Positions 1 through 13,009 of a stretch of 64,000 bases of DNA are shown one piece after another (within the stretch, counting starts at the first letter, position 1; every line of letters begins with the position of its first letter). The stretch is from the NCBI GenBank assembly GCA_965655095.1, contig OZ296659.1, positions 17,174,001-17,238,000 on the forward strand. The letters are read 5' to 3'. Both the position numbers and the translations under genes were made by a program. The notes beneath the pieces are model-generated. The model did not search any database. It was given only the letters and a program-made list of their open reading frames with translations, and was not told the origin of the DNA. Source of the DNA: Haplodiscus bocki (taxonomy: Eukaryota).

Positions 1-1715
1 AAAAAAATTTGGAGGAAGAGACGCTCGGCTGTGTTCAGGTCAGTAAAGAAGCGGAAAGCAGAACTTATGTCAGGAAGATGATGGTAGACGCTGAAAATAA
101 CAACCTCAAGGGAAATGCCCAAACAGCATCAGGTCTTAAGAAAGCTTTGAAACCAACAAACACAGAGAAACCAACTTTCCCACCATTAGAGTCCATCACG
201 GATTATTTCGAGAGAACCTTCAATGACAAAAAAAATAGATACCTTGGTCCGTCGGGACAATCTGTTCATTTCTCCGATTACAATTGGTGAAGTGAAAAAT
301 AACAAAATGAGACTCAAAAGCAACAGAGCCCCAGTGCCAGATGGGGTGAAATAAGGCATTAGAGCAATATCCGATCTGGACGTCAGTCTACAAGTAAACA
401 AAGTTAATCATGACCAAAAGCAGCACTTTGACAGGTGGATATTCTGTACCTATACTGAAACGTGGAAAAAATGCCTGTGAAGCAACCAGTTATAAACACA
501 TCATCCTAATGTCAGCTTGGACGAAACTTGTGTCACTAATTGCACTTCAAAGAACAGAAAAAACACTTGACGAAGGTATAGATCGAAGCCAGCATGCATA
601 TATGAAAGAGAATAGCGCGACTGATATCATACTAATTCACAAGATTTTGATTGCCCTGAACCTCGAAAAGAGACTTCGATTCTATTTTGGTCAACATTGA
701 TAAGTCGAAGGCATTTGATACAATAAACCGCGTGAAATTGATTAACATGATAAAAGACTACACATTCACAGCAAACTGTGACCTTCTTGAACTGCTATAT
801 ACAAATACCACGTTCAGTGTGAAAATTGGACGGAAATTCAACGCGAGGTGTACCACAGCCTGATGCCCTCTCCCAAAAATTGTTCACTTTTTATTTAGAC
901 CATGCTTTGAGACGCGTTACTGAAAAATTCTGTATGAATATTGAACACGATTACTCCTCAGGACCAGATTTGTAGCCTTTTCATGTCGAATATGCAGATG
1001 ATGTCGATTTCATTCAAACCAAACCTGATCAAAACGGTGCGGAACTTCTAGCAGAAGTCAAGAAAATTTTCAACATTAAACAGAGGTCAAGATTAAACAG
1101 AAGAATTTAATCTGGTACTTAACGAAGAGAAAACAGAAATAACCAATATAACAAAAAGCACCTAGCCTGTACAAAAAAGCTGGGATCGATTTTAGATCAT
1201 CATCCTGAACTCAAAGGAAGAAATCAAATCAGCTTAATAGTCCTGAGAAAGCACATTTATCTGGAAAAATAGGTTCATCAATGCATACAAGAAAACCGAA
1301 ATATACCATACTTTCGTGAGACCCATATTGACGTATAATTGCTCCACGTGGCCCTCTAATATGGGTTTAATAGCACCCTTGATATCTGTAACTGAAAATA
1401 TCTCAGGTGGATTCTAGATATCCATTATCCCAAAAAATCTCGAATGACAAACTATATCAATTAACAAACTCAAACCTCCTTTCGAACAGGGTCGGGAAAA
1501 GACGCTCATGCCACATGGAACACTTCTCAGACGATACACTTCCTTCCGTCAAAGATATCATACGATTCAAAGATACTCTGAAAACACGCCCAAGACACTG
1601 GCAGAAATCCACAAACATTTTAAAAACTTACAGAAAAACCCTTGGATGCGGCGACCTGAGCACAATTGAAGAAAGAGCCATTGCAAGAATATTGTAAACT
1701 TATGATGCTATCTTG
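1..1715 (+). mobile_element. Decayed non-LTR retrotransposon (RTE/RTEX-like) ORF2, RT and post-RT region, antisense within the GTPBP3 intron
   Basis: Frameshifted RT motifs: PILKRGK..SYKHIILMS..QHAYMKENSATD (ORF 410-700), IDKSKAFDTINR (~695-730), RGVPQ/DALSPKLF (~843-885), VEYADDVDF (~985-1011), post-RT KIYHTFVRPILTYNCSTW (~1300-1350). Confidence 0.85.
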
Positions 1716-1740
1716 ATTTTCATTCATTCAGTATAATTCC

Positions 1741-1746
1741 ACTCAC
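1741..1746 (-). promoter_or_regulatory. 5' splice donor GTGAGT of the GTPBP3 exon
   Basis: Plus-strand ACTCAC reads GTGAGT on minus, exactly where MnmE similarity ends. Confidence 0.8.
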
Positions 1747-2103
1747 TTTACCTCCATGACAATGTAACTCAACAACATCCTCTCCTGTGTATGACTTCGG
1801 GGCTCTGAAGACCAAAAAGAGGACTTCATCTAGAATTAATCCTCTGTCATTGACGTGTCGCAGTTGAGTCACATATGCGTATCTTGACTTAACACTTCCA
1901 ATATCAAACGAAGTCATGGCAGTGATAGCTTTGAGGGAATCAGGACCACTGATTCGGATGACTGATACTGCACACTTGACACGGGAAGTGGTACACCCAA
2001 AAATGGTCCACAATTGTCCATTAGGGCTCACTGCAGATTTTTGACAAAGGTGGCGTATCTTTGAGATGCAAATAGCTATAGGATCTTTCAGTCGTTGCAA
2101 CAT
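1747..2103 (-). CDS. GTPBP3: First coding exon of mitochondrial tRNA modification GTPase (MnmE/TrmE family, N-terminal domain); gene continues leftwards outside the window
   Basis: TIFGCTT..AVSVIRISGPDS..LDEVLFLVFRAPKSYTGEDVVELHCHGG matches the TrmE N-terminal signature. The N-terminus is basic and transit-peptide-like, there is an in-frame stop just upstream of the ATG, and a GTGAGT donor follows GGK. Confidence 0.9.
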
Positions 2104-4519
2104 CGCAATTCATTGAAGCTGTTCAGCATACTAGGGATTCATGAATTCCTGAAAGAGCTGATATTTTGAGCTAAAAGACTGACCGGCCCTGTGAAAGCGG
2201 AAGGAGTCAGCAATCTCGCCAAAGGGAACTAGCATCCTCACAAAATCTGGCTCTTACAATCACAAATTACGGGGCGTTTTTTTCTGATGCCCACCTTTTG
2301 TAGATGCTCCAATCGCATGTAACGCATTACACAGTATGCATACGAGCCGAAGACAATTCATGGGAACTTCTATTGAAAAAGCAATGCAAGGGCACCACTC
2401 ACTGCAATTTTCAAGTTTCTTAGGGTGTGGAGGAAAAATATGTCCCATGGTGTTCAGGAGACTTGATTGTAAAAAAGTCTTGCATGAAGACGGGCGAATC
2501 GAATTAACATGAGTATTGGAAGCGAGTCAAATAATAAGTAGCGAGCAATCCCTTGGCAAAATTTCTATTCTAAACTAAAAGCAAAAACCCTTTCGCATAT
2601 GATACGACCATGGTAACAATTTACTAGACCATTGATGATTTGCCAAAAACTTTCATTTATTATTTGATATCATTAAACTATAGAACTGAATTTTTTTAGA
2701 ACTATAGAACTGACAAATCGATTTCGTGGAGCAAATATATTAAACGTGAAAGGTTAACTGAAAAATTGGCATCACTTAAATCAATCTACACAATAATAGG
2801 CTTTTGATAAAGCCCCGAATAAATAAAATGAACGAGTAGTTAGGGACCAAAACCATGAAAAACTTCAGCACCAACTTTTTCACCGTCATTTATCGAAATA
2901 GGGCAATCTCGAACCAACTGATCCATTTAAGTCAAGTAACGTACAAAAAGATATCCATTCATACATTTAAAAAAATTCAACGGGAAGTTCAAGAAGAAGT
3001 TTATCTACTAATGTGCTTTGTTTCAAACAAAATCACAAACAAATTTTTCAAAAAAACACACATTAGAGGGACCCTCCAAAAGCTCAACTTGGCTTGTCAA
3101 AGGACCGTCAAACAAGACATTAGAAAAGGAGTACATCAACAGAATATGATTTCGGCAAAAAGTTGACACGAGAATTTGTTTCTCAGTTCTCCACAATATT
3201 TTGAGACATAGTATTGACTCTAAAGTTTGAAAGTATGAGACATAGACATGAGATTTTAACAATCAGTTCATCATTCCAAAAGAGTACTCTAAGAGAACTA
3301 ATTTTTTGATGTATTTGATACATATTATTTATTGACTGTATCTAAGATACAAAATGAATTCAGTTTTTCTACGCGTCTAAAATCAGTTCATCATCAGAAA
3401 AATGAGTAATCCACCACCACATGAAAATCGTGATATTTTGACCAGAGCATTGGTCATTGTTGGCACCTTGAAGCTTCCTGAGGCAACATTTCGCGTTTCC
3501 AAGTAATTCGTCTATTTTTTGAAAATATCAAAAATTTAGAATTTTCAAGAGAAAAAAAGTCAGTGATAAATTTGACTACAATCAGAACTACACACAAGTT
3601 TAGCAGAAAATCGACCATATTTTTCAACAACTGCAACAAAATCTGAAAAAAAATCTTCCGTTTAATGAACCTAAAATTGAAAAGTTGTCACTGAATCCGT
3701 TAATGGAAAGAAGTAGTAGCGTAGTTTTCCATAGGACACCAACTGTCAATCAAAAATTTGTTCAGAAATTCAAATTCAGACAAGTACCGGCTATGAATCT
3801 GAATTTTGATTAAACATGTGCTTCCAGGTGACGCCATTTTGACGCCCAAAGTTTAAGAAGTTTGTACAGTGGAAAAAACCGGAAAATCAACAAGAACCCG
3901 TAAATCCGACTCAAACTCGAAAAATTGATATGTCAATTGTCTATTCAGGTTATGCCACTTTGCAGCCGCATGTCTAGATTTTATTGTTAACAATGCGAGA
4001 AGAAACACGTCCCTCCCAAAAAGAGACAATTTTTGATCGTTTACAGTGAATGAATATGCCAATGACGCCAAAAAAATTAAACTTTGGACATGAGAACGCA
4101 GCATATGCCGGTTTCCGGAACACAATTTTCCTTTCAGTCTAAATGTGAAGACGTTACGTCCTCGCTAAAAGGTATCAAAAAGGTGAGGCATCAAGGATGC
4201 TAGAAATTTAGCGTAGTCAAAAATGGAGAAAAAACTACGAAGCAAGCAGAAATTGACTGATAAATTTGCAAAATAAAAAACAAGGATGACAATCAGGTCA
4301 AATTTTAGATCAATTTATTCAAACACTACACGTACTTGAAAACAGACAGTGATTAGTGACGTAGAAAAAGAATAAAAGAATGGCAATACATTCTTTCAAG
4401 ATTCACTATCCGTCACTTCATTGTTTCACCCTAGAGAAGTGAAGTTTCCACTGCAAGCGAAAGACAAAAATGAAAGTACAACTAAAACACATCACAATGT
4501 TATTAATAATAATAATAAT

Positions 4520-5206
4520 AGTTGGTTTCTCCAACGGAAGGGTATTGAGCCCACGCAAATACCAGTTACGTCATGACGAGCAGGTTCGACATTGACAGTT
4601 GATTCGCCATGAGCACAGGTTTTCTTCACAAAAGTTGTTGATGAAGACCCTCCAGTAATAATCTTGGATACCTTCTTTCACGTAGCGCAGTTCTTGTAAA
4701 TTTACAGTTCTCGTCTTCGGTGAAGTTGAAGAGTTCTGTACCAAAAATTGTCTTTGCTTTTGCTCCTCCTTATTTTTGGTAGATAAAACGGGGATGATGA
4801 TGTTCTCAGGGAGCTTTTTTCAATAGGGGTGATGTGCCTTTTCAGTCGAAGTTGTATTGATCAGCTACTATTTTCCAGAAGGTTAGTAAATCGTGCATTT
4901 CGATGTATAATTTAATTGGTAACAGCTTCAGTTGGATCAAGCGGGTTTTGTAGTCTACTTGAGACGTTCTGCAAATCCATTTCGTACTCTCTTCTGTACC
5001 ATTTCGAGTACTTTCATGGATGTCCTGTTTGCATGCCAGACTGGAGAACAGTGTGTCAAAAATGGTACGACATACACACAATACATATTTAGGCGTGAAC
5101 ACAACGAACTCAGTGGTGAGGTGGTCCTTTTTAGAATGAAAAAGGCTCGATAGGCTTTTTTGCATCTGGTCTTTGTTTGTTCAACCCACGATAGGTCTTC
5201 CGAAAT
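4520..5206 (-). pseudogene. C-terminal part of the host CR1 ORF2
   Basis: ISEDLSWVEQ..YVVPFLTHCSPVW..LEMVQKR..LKLLPIKLYIEMHDLL directly continues DLGVV from 6351. Confidence 0.85.
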
Positions 5207-6350
5207 TATTATTATTATTATTATTAGAAGACTTTATTCTTGAACAACAAGAAAGGATTAACATTTAAGTTTATTCAGTTTGATCAGCGAGCGAGTAAGG
5301 TATTAACCCAGAAAATAATTAAGCAAAATTTATTGATACCAAGGAAGTTGAATCAGTCAGAGATGTCAGCTAAGCGAGTGGACGCATTCTACAGAATGAA
5401 CAGGAGCAGTTGATGTGAAATGAACATGAATTCAATAGGTTACATTTTTCGGAGATTTGAAGATGAAGATAAAAGATTTTTGCGGTAAGTCGCGAAGCTG
5501 GGATCAAGGATATCAACATTTCTGAGAGAAAAATAATTTGCTCGTACAGACGCTCTAGTAAAGAATGACTCCTCAGTTTTTCTCTTCTTACAGTGTTTTA
5601 TGATGAAGGTGCGCCGAAGTCGGTTTACTAATGAGTAGCCAGAATTCAGCTGAATATAATCTGGTCAGTTGATGTCAAGTTGGTTATGAAGAATTTTCCA
5701 AAGAAGTGTTTGGTCGCTTAGGATCAGCTGATAACAGATAGGTAGAGAGTTTTATCGTTGTAGACAAGTCTTGAAATCCAAGCTAGAGCCAACAACCCAT
5801 TTTAGGCATCTGAAGCGGAATGTCATGAGAAAGCGCATGGATGTAATACTAAGACACCATGCTTGGGATCCATACAGAAGAACAGGGAGGATGAGGGAAT
5901 TAATAAGGCGCAATTTCGTCCATGGGTTGGTTGTAAAAGGTATACAGCTGCGAATGTTGAACAGAGCACGCGACGCTTTACCGATCTTCCAGTCTACATG
6001 TGCATTCCATGTATTGTTGCGACGGTCCTAATTGGTTCCTGACAATACCAGTCTCCCACAGTTATCTCATTAGGATTCCTCCAGACGCAATAACTGTGCA
6101 GAAATGACAGATTCCACCAAAAACAGAGTTCTTTGAAGGAAGATTTGGAATAAACAGAAACAGAGGACGAACCCCTGATGATTGGAAGCTCAAGGACGAG
6201 ATCAAAGGTAATTGGGTAATGGTCTGAGATAAGATTGACATTGGCCACTGTTACAGCTGTATCATCAGCGGCGAAGACCAAATCTTCGATATTCCCGCTT
6301 CGATGTGTAGGTTCCAATACGTTCTGAATCAGGTTGTGTGAGTCAAGACA
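5207..6350 (-). mobile_element. Nested, internally deleted CR1-like element (APE C-terminus joined to post-RT region) with (TAA)n tail
   Basis: EPTHRSGNIEDLVF..SDHYPI (APE end) followed from ~6020 by WNAHVDWKIGKASRALF..ILPVLLYGSQAW; (TAA)n tail at ~5207-5226. Confidence 0.85.
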
Positions 6351-8617
6351 GTTACGACGCCGAGATCTCGCTCGAATGGAGATGTTTGGAGGTTGACGTT
6401 CTTCATTCTGAATTTTTGGGAGTCATCGCCGCGGAACATCATCAAATGGGTTTTTTCAACATTGATTTCCATTTTGTTTTGGTCGCACCACTGGACAAAT
6501 CGATCTAGATCTTCTTGAAGTTCCATCGGGTTGGAAGACATGATTTTGGTGTCATCGGCGAACATGTAGTTTCTACTGGTGATAACGACTTTTGGCAGAC
6601 TGTTCACGAAAACAAGGAAGAGGAGTGGGCCCAAAAATGATCCCTGTGGGACTCCACTGGTTTTTGGTAATTCCGGTGATTTCTTTGCTCCATCTATCAT
6701 ACGTTGCATTCGATTGTCCAGATAACTTCTCACAATGTCAACTGTCTTATTTGGAATTCCAGTTGAGTGTAGAACTTCCAGGATGCGTTTATGGTCCAGC
6801 TTGTCAAAAGATTTGGCAAAGTCAATGTACACCGTTGCAAGGAATTTTGTCAGAGAGTCCAGGGTTCTGTAAATTTCATATGTGTACGCTCAGAGTTGCA
6901 AGAGGGTCGAACGGTTCGGAACAAAACCGTACTGACATAGGTCAACTTTTGGAAGAAAGATTTCAGCAATGGTTTTCTCGATCATTTTCTCCCAAACTTT
7001 GGATATGTTGGAGAAGAGTGATTTTGGTCTATCTTTCTTTACCAGTGATCGATCAGTATCTTTATAAAATGGAGTTATTTCCGACTTTTTCCGGAAGGTG
7101 GGAAGGCATCGATTATTATAGAAAATTCTAAAGATAACAGGTAGAGAATTTGCTAGAGATTCAGAACATTTGTTGAGCATATTGTTCGACAGATTGTCCA
7201 GTCCACAGGGTTTTTGGGGCTTGAGGTTCTGAAGTAGATTTGTAATGCTGTCATTTGAGAAGTTTGGTTCTATCGATTGGTCTTCCAATACCGCAGGTAT
7301 TTCGGTAGATGCGGCAGTACATTCATCTTCATGGTCGTTAGATTCTGAAAAGACACTACAGGAGGAATTATTAAAAAGAACGCTCTTCTCTTCATCCGTG
7401 TTAGCTGTTGAGTTTTCATGGCAAATTTCGGTCGCTATGGGATCAGGCCGACGAATATAGCATAGGTATCTTTGGATCGTGCTAAAGTGTCGAGATTTGA
7501 AAATACTTTCTTCGTATAGCATGAGATTTTCGTTGATCTTTGAGGCCACCAGGTCTTCTGGACTTCTAAGTTTGTTTCGTAGTGCAGGTGATCGTTCAGA
7601 ATTCAATTTGCGTTGTAGAGTCTTCAGTTTTCTGATGATGCAAGATGTTGGCGATGTGACCCACATTGGGAGACTGCTTCTATGATTAGTAGGTATGGGA
7701 ATTGTTGCAAGCATTATTTCATGCAGCCACTCATACCATGTTTCCAGAAGTTTGTCGCAATTACTATAGCAGTATGGAGAGAAGGGGTTTTCAAAGATGT
7801 ACTTGTTGACCTTGTTGAAAGCCACTCTTGAGTAAGGAAAGGCGTGAGTCTCGGTCGTTTTAACGGAAGGAGTTTGCATATCGAAGAAAATTGTGAAAGG
7901 GTCATGATCAGAGCGAAAGTTTCCATTAAGAAAGGCACTTTTCAATAAAAAGGTTTTGCTAAACCTTTTGTTTTAAGAAGGTATTGGATTATTCAGCAGG
8001 CACATATCAAGTGAGCCGCTTGTTGTTTTCCTTAGAATTTGTTCGAAGCCGCGGTTCACGAACATTCTAGCAATGGAGTCTTCGTAGTCACTCGTGCTTG
8101 AGAAACTGTTCCAATCAGTTAAAGGGAAGTTGATGTCTCCAGTGACGATGATTTCTGTTATGTAGTATTGTTGTTGAACCTTGTCAATTTCTTGCAGTAA
8201 GTGGATAAATTTACTGCTAGCCCATCGATAAGGACTATTTTCAGGGGGACAGTAAACCGATAAAACTAAAAGATGAATTGAACAAAAATGGCAGACAATG
8301 CCCACAACGTCTTCAAAAACGTTGAACTCGGTTATTTCTTTGCAGGGTATCGAGCTGTCGACGACGATTAGTACGCCACCGTGACTCGATTTCCCGGTTC
8401 GCCTAGGTTGTCCATCACGACGGAATATTGACAGGTTTCCAAGAAATAGGCCACTGTTCGGTATTGTGTCTAATAGCCAAGTTTCGCTCACGCTATTGAT
8501 GTGGAATTGTTGCAATGCAAGTGCATTTGATAAAGCTGTTCGTCGATTCAAATCGAGCATACTTATAACATTCCACATCAGTAGGTGTACTTGCGTTTCG
8601 TGATTTCGGTTAGGTAG
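6351..8617 (-). pseudogene. CR1 ORF2: AP endonuclease and reverse transcriptase (frameshifted)
   Basis: SVSETWL, HGGVLI, VYCPP, TGDINFP, SDHDP (APE); QYGFVPNRST, YIDFAKSFD, GVPQGSFLGPLLF, MFADDTK, ERDLGVV (RT) in ORFs 7973-8578, 6890-7945 and 6329-6832. Confidence 0.92.
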
Positions 8618-9525
8618 TCAGGCCGACGGTGCTTCAACACTGTCCGGCACGTTGTCGTAAACCTCTTCCCAAATCCCCTCGTCATTTTGCATTTCAAGTT
8701 TGAGATTTCGGATACGAAGCTTCTCCCTAGGAACTCCTTGATCGATTTTCAATTTTCTCATTCACAGTGATTCGTTTTCAGGTTTTAGTTCTTCGATTGT
8801 AAGCTCTTTCGAGAGAAACACTGGTCCCGACAATTCTCGGTAATTCTTCAGTTCTCGTGAGGCCTTCAACAGAAGTGTACGACACGCTTCGTTATCAACC
8901 TGTACTATCAGGGTTCGTGGTTTGGGACTGAGGTCATTGAATTGACCAATTCTGTTTAGGCTTTTGACATTGCACTTCTTTCCGGCAAGAAACTCGAAGA
9001 CAGATTCTACTTTCTCCATGTCTTTCTTGAACGCTTTGTCAGGAGGAATGCCAGACATTTCAGGAATGCCTCGTAGTCGGAGGCCTCTGGGTTTTGCAAC
9101 TTTTGACTCAAATGCTTTCACTTGAACAGGCTGTTCTAACTTCGAGGCAATGTTTTTAGTTTCTTTTTTCAGAGCCACAACAGATGCGTACGTGGCGCTG
9201 ACGTTCATTTTGTACTCGTCGAGTTTGTCCTGTATTGCTTGCAGTTTGTGGTTGTTTTCTTCTTCAAGGCCGTTCATTCTGGTGGCGCAGACGTCTTGAA
9301 TTAGCGTTTCGCGTTCATTTTCAGCGCACAAATTGCAAAGGAGGAGCACGTTTTTTGTCACTTCTTGAAAACGTTTGACAGCTGAAGCTGAGAAACCAGT
9401 ACATTCTGGCGTCATACGGAGTACTACACCACAAGAGAAGCACCAAAAGCGTTGTGTCCAGATATTTTCTCATCGCGAATTTTGCATCTGGTAATGCCAC
9501 GTTTGCGGGGTTCTGGTGGACTCAT
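8618..9525 (-). pseudogene. CR1 ORF1 (PHD-like finger, coiled coil, RRM-like region)
   Basis: RCKI..WCFSCG..PECTG..LLCNLC cysteine pattern; LRLRGIPE, RIGQF..KPRTLIV, VFLSKELT in ORF 8762-9415; TGACTA ORF1/ORF2 junction at ~8615-8620. Confidence 0.8.
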
Positions 9526-9947
9526 TCTTTGAGCTCCCAGCCACCAAGCAATGTCCGAGATAATTAAATCTCAGGAGTTGCGAGGAAATCTGGAGAACAA
9601 AGTTTCCGGAGCGTTTGCAGTACACAAATGCTGATATGCAGTGCTTGTAGTGTATGAGAATTCGCTGTAGCTGCTTTGGCATCAATCGGGTGTTGAAGTT
9701 TGAAGGGTGTCTGGAGAGCGAATTGTTGACAGCGTCGTGCCAGATGATAAATTTTTCCTTCTTGGAAATCTTTGACCATCTTCCTTTTGGCAGCAATACG
9801 GGGATAACCTTGAGATCGGCTTTGTTGTTCTGATTGAACGAAAGACCAGGGATTGCTGTTTTTGTTTTCCTCAGGGTTCGCTTGGAGTTGAGTCAAATTT
9901 TTTGATTACTCGGGAGAGTGATGAGGCGCCAAGAATATGGACCATTT
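9470..9947 (-). pseudogene. CR1 upstream ORF, SGNH/GDSL esterase-like, frameshifted
   Basis: Reconstructed across two frameshifts: MVHILGASSLSRV..TAIPGLSF..KFIIWHDAVNNSLS..ISAFVYC, resembling SGNH blocks I (GxS), II (PG) and III (xND-like). Confidence 0.5.
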
Positions 9948-11416
9948 GTTGTTGAGGGGAAAAGATTTGGGGGCTGCCATGGCTGCCCCAGTAATCATAT
10001 TCCTGAAAAGACACTATTTATTAAGTTACACTTTAGTATTAGACTTCAGTGTAGTATTAGTTTCATCGATTAATGGAAGAATAAAGAAGTTCCGACTGCA
10101 CACGCTCAATTTCACAAAAACGTTCGTTTAATGTAGCAGACAGGCCTTTGTACGGCTGCGCCAGAATGGCACTGTAAAAGGCACCTGGGCAGTGGCTCGG
10201 AAGCAACTTTGTCACTCTCCTTTAATCCAGCTCAGTCGATTACTCTAGCTGTCTTGAGAGAACGATTAAACCTTCCATTTGTTCACTGACTGCTTCTTGG
10301 GTAAAATGAAATGCAAAAACGTCTTTTTTTTACTCTCACTGATTTCTCGGTTTTACCTAAACAAGACAAGCGAATGTTGCAAGCAGAGGAAAGTACTTCA
10401 AAAGGAAGAAAATTCAACACTTAAAGTAATTTTTTGAACTACTTCTCGCTGTATCATTAGACTTATCACAAAAAAACTGTCTCTCTGATCAAGGAAAAAA
10501 ACCATTCTACACACGTTCTTTGTTATTAATTTTTCCAAGATCAGAGTGTAGTCCGGAACAATTTTTTATAAAAAATTCCAAAAAAGTTCAGGTCGATATT
10601 TATTTCTGGAAATAACGTTTTGTTCTCGAAAAACAACAAAACCAGGCTTCCTAGTTTGGCGGTTGTCGGTAGCCGCAAAAAAAGAATAGATGCAGTGCAG
10701 ATTTGTGTAACATATTTCGACTTGTCAGTTGAGATCATTAACAATGAAAGGCAATGGGAAACATGATTAGCATGAAGTAATTAAAGGATACCATAAGAAC
10801 TCCTACATCAACTGCCACTCAGGAAATTGTTCAAGAAGTGAATATGAAAAACAACGCTTGCCAAGAAAACTAACATGAACTTTGACATGACAATTTTTTT
10901 ATCAAATCAAGTGTTTTAGCCGTCCAGGTTTCGAGAATTGTTTACCGTGAAGACGTATGATTGAACAAATGCTTTGCCAAAAGAAGCTGTTCTGGACTCT
11001 TTACATTATGAAACGAGTCTATCCAACAAAACAAAATTAATTCTTCAAAGGTGGAGAAAATGATGCATGGACCGGTTTTTAGTTCCTGTTCTTTTCCCAA
11101 ACCAATATTGTTTGTGTTCGAATAATTTTATCAGAAAAGAGTCAACTTGTTAGCTAGTCAAAAAGTGTTGAGAGTGTAACATAATGAAAAACTAATTAAC
11201 CGCCATCAGCAACAATTAGGTTGTACTTTAGAAAAAACGAAAATTAATACTTGAACTGGGCTGCCACTTTCGAAATTATTTGAATCAACTGACTAAGTGT
11301 TCTTGAAAACAAACTATGAAGAGTGATAGAAAAGTGGTTAGGTGAAATGCAGAAACTTCTTCCTCTTTAATCTCACTAACTTCTAGGTGTTATCTAGAGA
11401 AATATATTGTTGGATT

Positions 11417-11850
11417 AGTAAATGATAAAACCAACTACGGGCCGAAATTAGTACAAAGTACCAAAGAAGAACAGTGAAAAACAGCAAAATTCAAAGAAAA
11501 TTAGCCAAAATCACCCAAATTTTCCTTGAATTAAGCAAAAACTTGGCAAAAAATGTGAAAATAGGCCATGGCCGTACAATATCCCATAGTTTGTAAAAAA
11601 AAATAATTTTCTGTACCATATCAATGGAGGTACACAGGAAATTATAAATCTACTATGTCAATGGGGGTACTCTCGAATTATATAAAAAAAAATAAAAAAA
11701 AATAAAAAAAAATTTTTTTTATAAGACAATGGGGATACACAAGAACTTTAAGAAAATAATTAGAACAAAAGAGTTGAGAAAGTGAAAAAAAAATTAAGGA
11801 ACTAAGACTTTGTATAATACTATAACAAAAGGGGTACATAGGTTTTATGA
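11417..11850 (+). repeat. Polinton left TIR, copy 1, with internal CAATGGGGGTACACAGGAA-like subrepeats
   Basis: Reverse complement aligns to ~33780-34116; begins 5'-AG. Confidence 0.75.
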
Positions 11851-12159
11851 AATAAAAAAAACAAATTGAAGAAAAAAACAGAAAAAAAACTAGAAATGAA
11901 GAAACGTAGATTAAAAAAATAAAATGAAAGAAAAAAAAATTTATATTAAAAAAAATCGAAAAAAATAAAATACATGAAAAAGAAAAAAATTTCAGAAATT
12001 TTTGAAAAATAGTAAGTAGTAATTATTGGAAAAAATTTCACAAATGAACTGAAAAGTTGTTAATTTGATTTGTATACCTAAGTGTGTTTAAAATTTCCGT
12101 AACTTTTCAAAAAAGATGGAACAAATGGAGTTGAAAAAAAAATTCAAAAAAAATGCAGT

Positions 12160-12764
12160 TGGAAATTTTTACACTTGTAATTCAACTAATAGCCAGCTCA
12201 GTAACAGAACATGGTATTGTAGTTTATGTGAAAAAACATGACTGTTGAAAATAAAACTGGACTTATCACTTCTAAATTTCACAATCGCAAAAAACGATTT
12301 GGTTTCATTGTTGAAAAATTTGAATTAGCTACTCCTGAAAATATTCGGATAGAAAATAAGTTTCCAACGTTATTAAAGATTGTAAGGATTAACAAGTCCA
12401 TACCTTCGAGTGTAGATGTGAATATAATATAGAATTCGAAGACAAGACGTCTGGTGAAGTGTTTCACTTTACAATATCTAACGATTTCAAGCTATTCCAG
12501 TACCAATCCGACAGACTGCATAAAACAGTTGGTGAATATGAAAAAAAGTAATACAAACTCATTGAAAGGAAAAAGTTGAAAATCAAAACTAATTCAAGCC
12601 TAACATATATAAATATGTCACATTATTTAAAATTACGTTTACTGAAAATACTTGTAATTATTTTTAGGATAATATCAGAAAACCCTGCAATCCTCAACAC
12701 ATTGGTTGATAGAAGAAACCCACACTTTTACAGCTGTCAAAAATGGTTTTTATATAAAGAATGA
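12160..12764 (+). pseudogene. Polinton accessory ORF with N-terminal Zn finger (second copy ~17486-18086)
   Basis: WYCSLC..TSKFH then VIKDCKD..HTFECRCEYNIEF..HYLKLR..FRIISENP..CQKWF, read across frameshifts. Confidence 0.55.
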
Positions 12765-13009
12765 TTGTTTTGCATGTGAAAAAAAAATTAAACTGTTACA
12801 ATTGAAAAAAAAGATTTCAATTAATTTTTACAATAAAAACAAAAAATGGAGATTTGTCGAACTTAAATATTACAAAAAAAACGGAATATTGGGTTTAGCC
12901 ACGAAATACCATACTCTCATCTCACACAATTAACCAATGATTTGCCAACATTGTAGAAAAATAAGAAATCTAGCAGAAAAAAGTTAGTAGGTATTAACAA
13001 GCCAATGAT

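Larger units (their letters stand above)
4503..10041 (-). mobile_element. Near full-length decayed CR1-like LINE with 3' (TAT/TAA)n tail at ~4503-4520
   Basis: PHD-like ORF1, APE, RT and C-terminal regions in order on the minus strand; absent from the paralogous site at ~15084-15095. Confidence 0.9.
3400..12945 (+). repeat. Segmental duplication copy 1 (carries CR1 insertion 4503-10041 and a ~360-bp deletion at ~10303)
   Basis: 3400-4500 aligns with 13995-15090 and 10042-12945 aligns with 15091-18262; paired ORF-track entries 3853/14374 and 10541/15949. Confidence 0.9.

Noticed and set aside
2104-3400. Short ORFs upstream of GTPBP3 as a neighbouring gene
   Set aside because: No recognisable motifs or splice structure; probably 5' UTR/promoter and repeat DNA.
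6592-7685. Plus-strand ORFs (179, 71 and 68 aa)
   Set aside because: Antisense shadows of the CR1 RT region.
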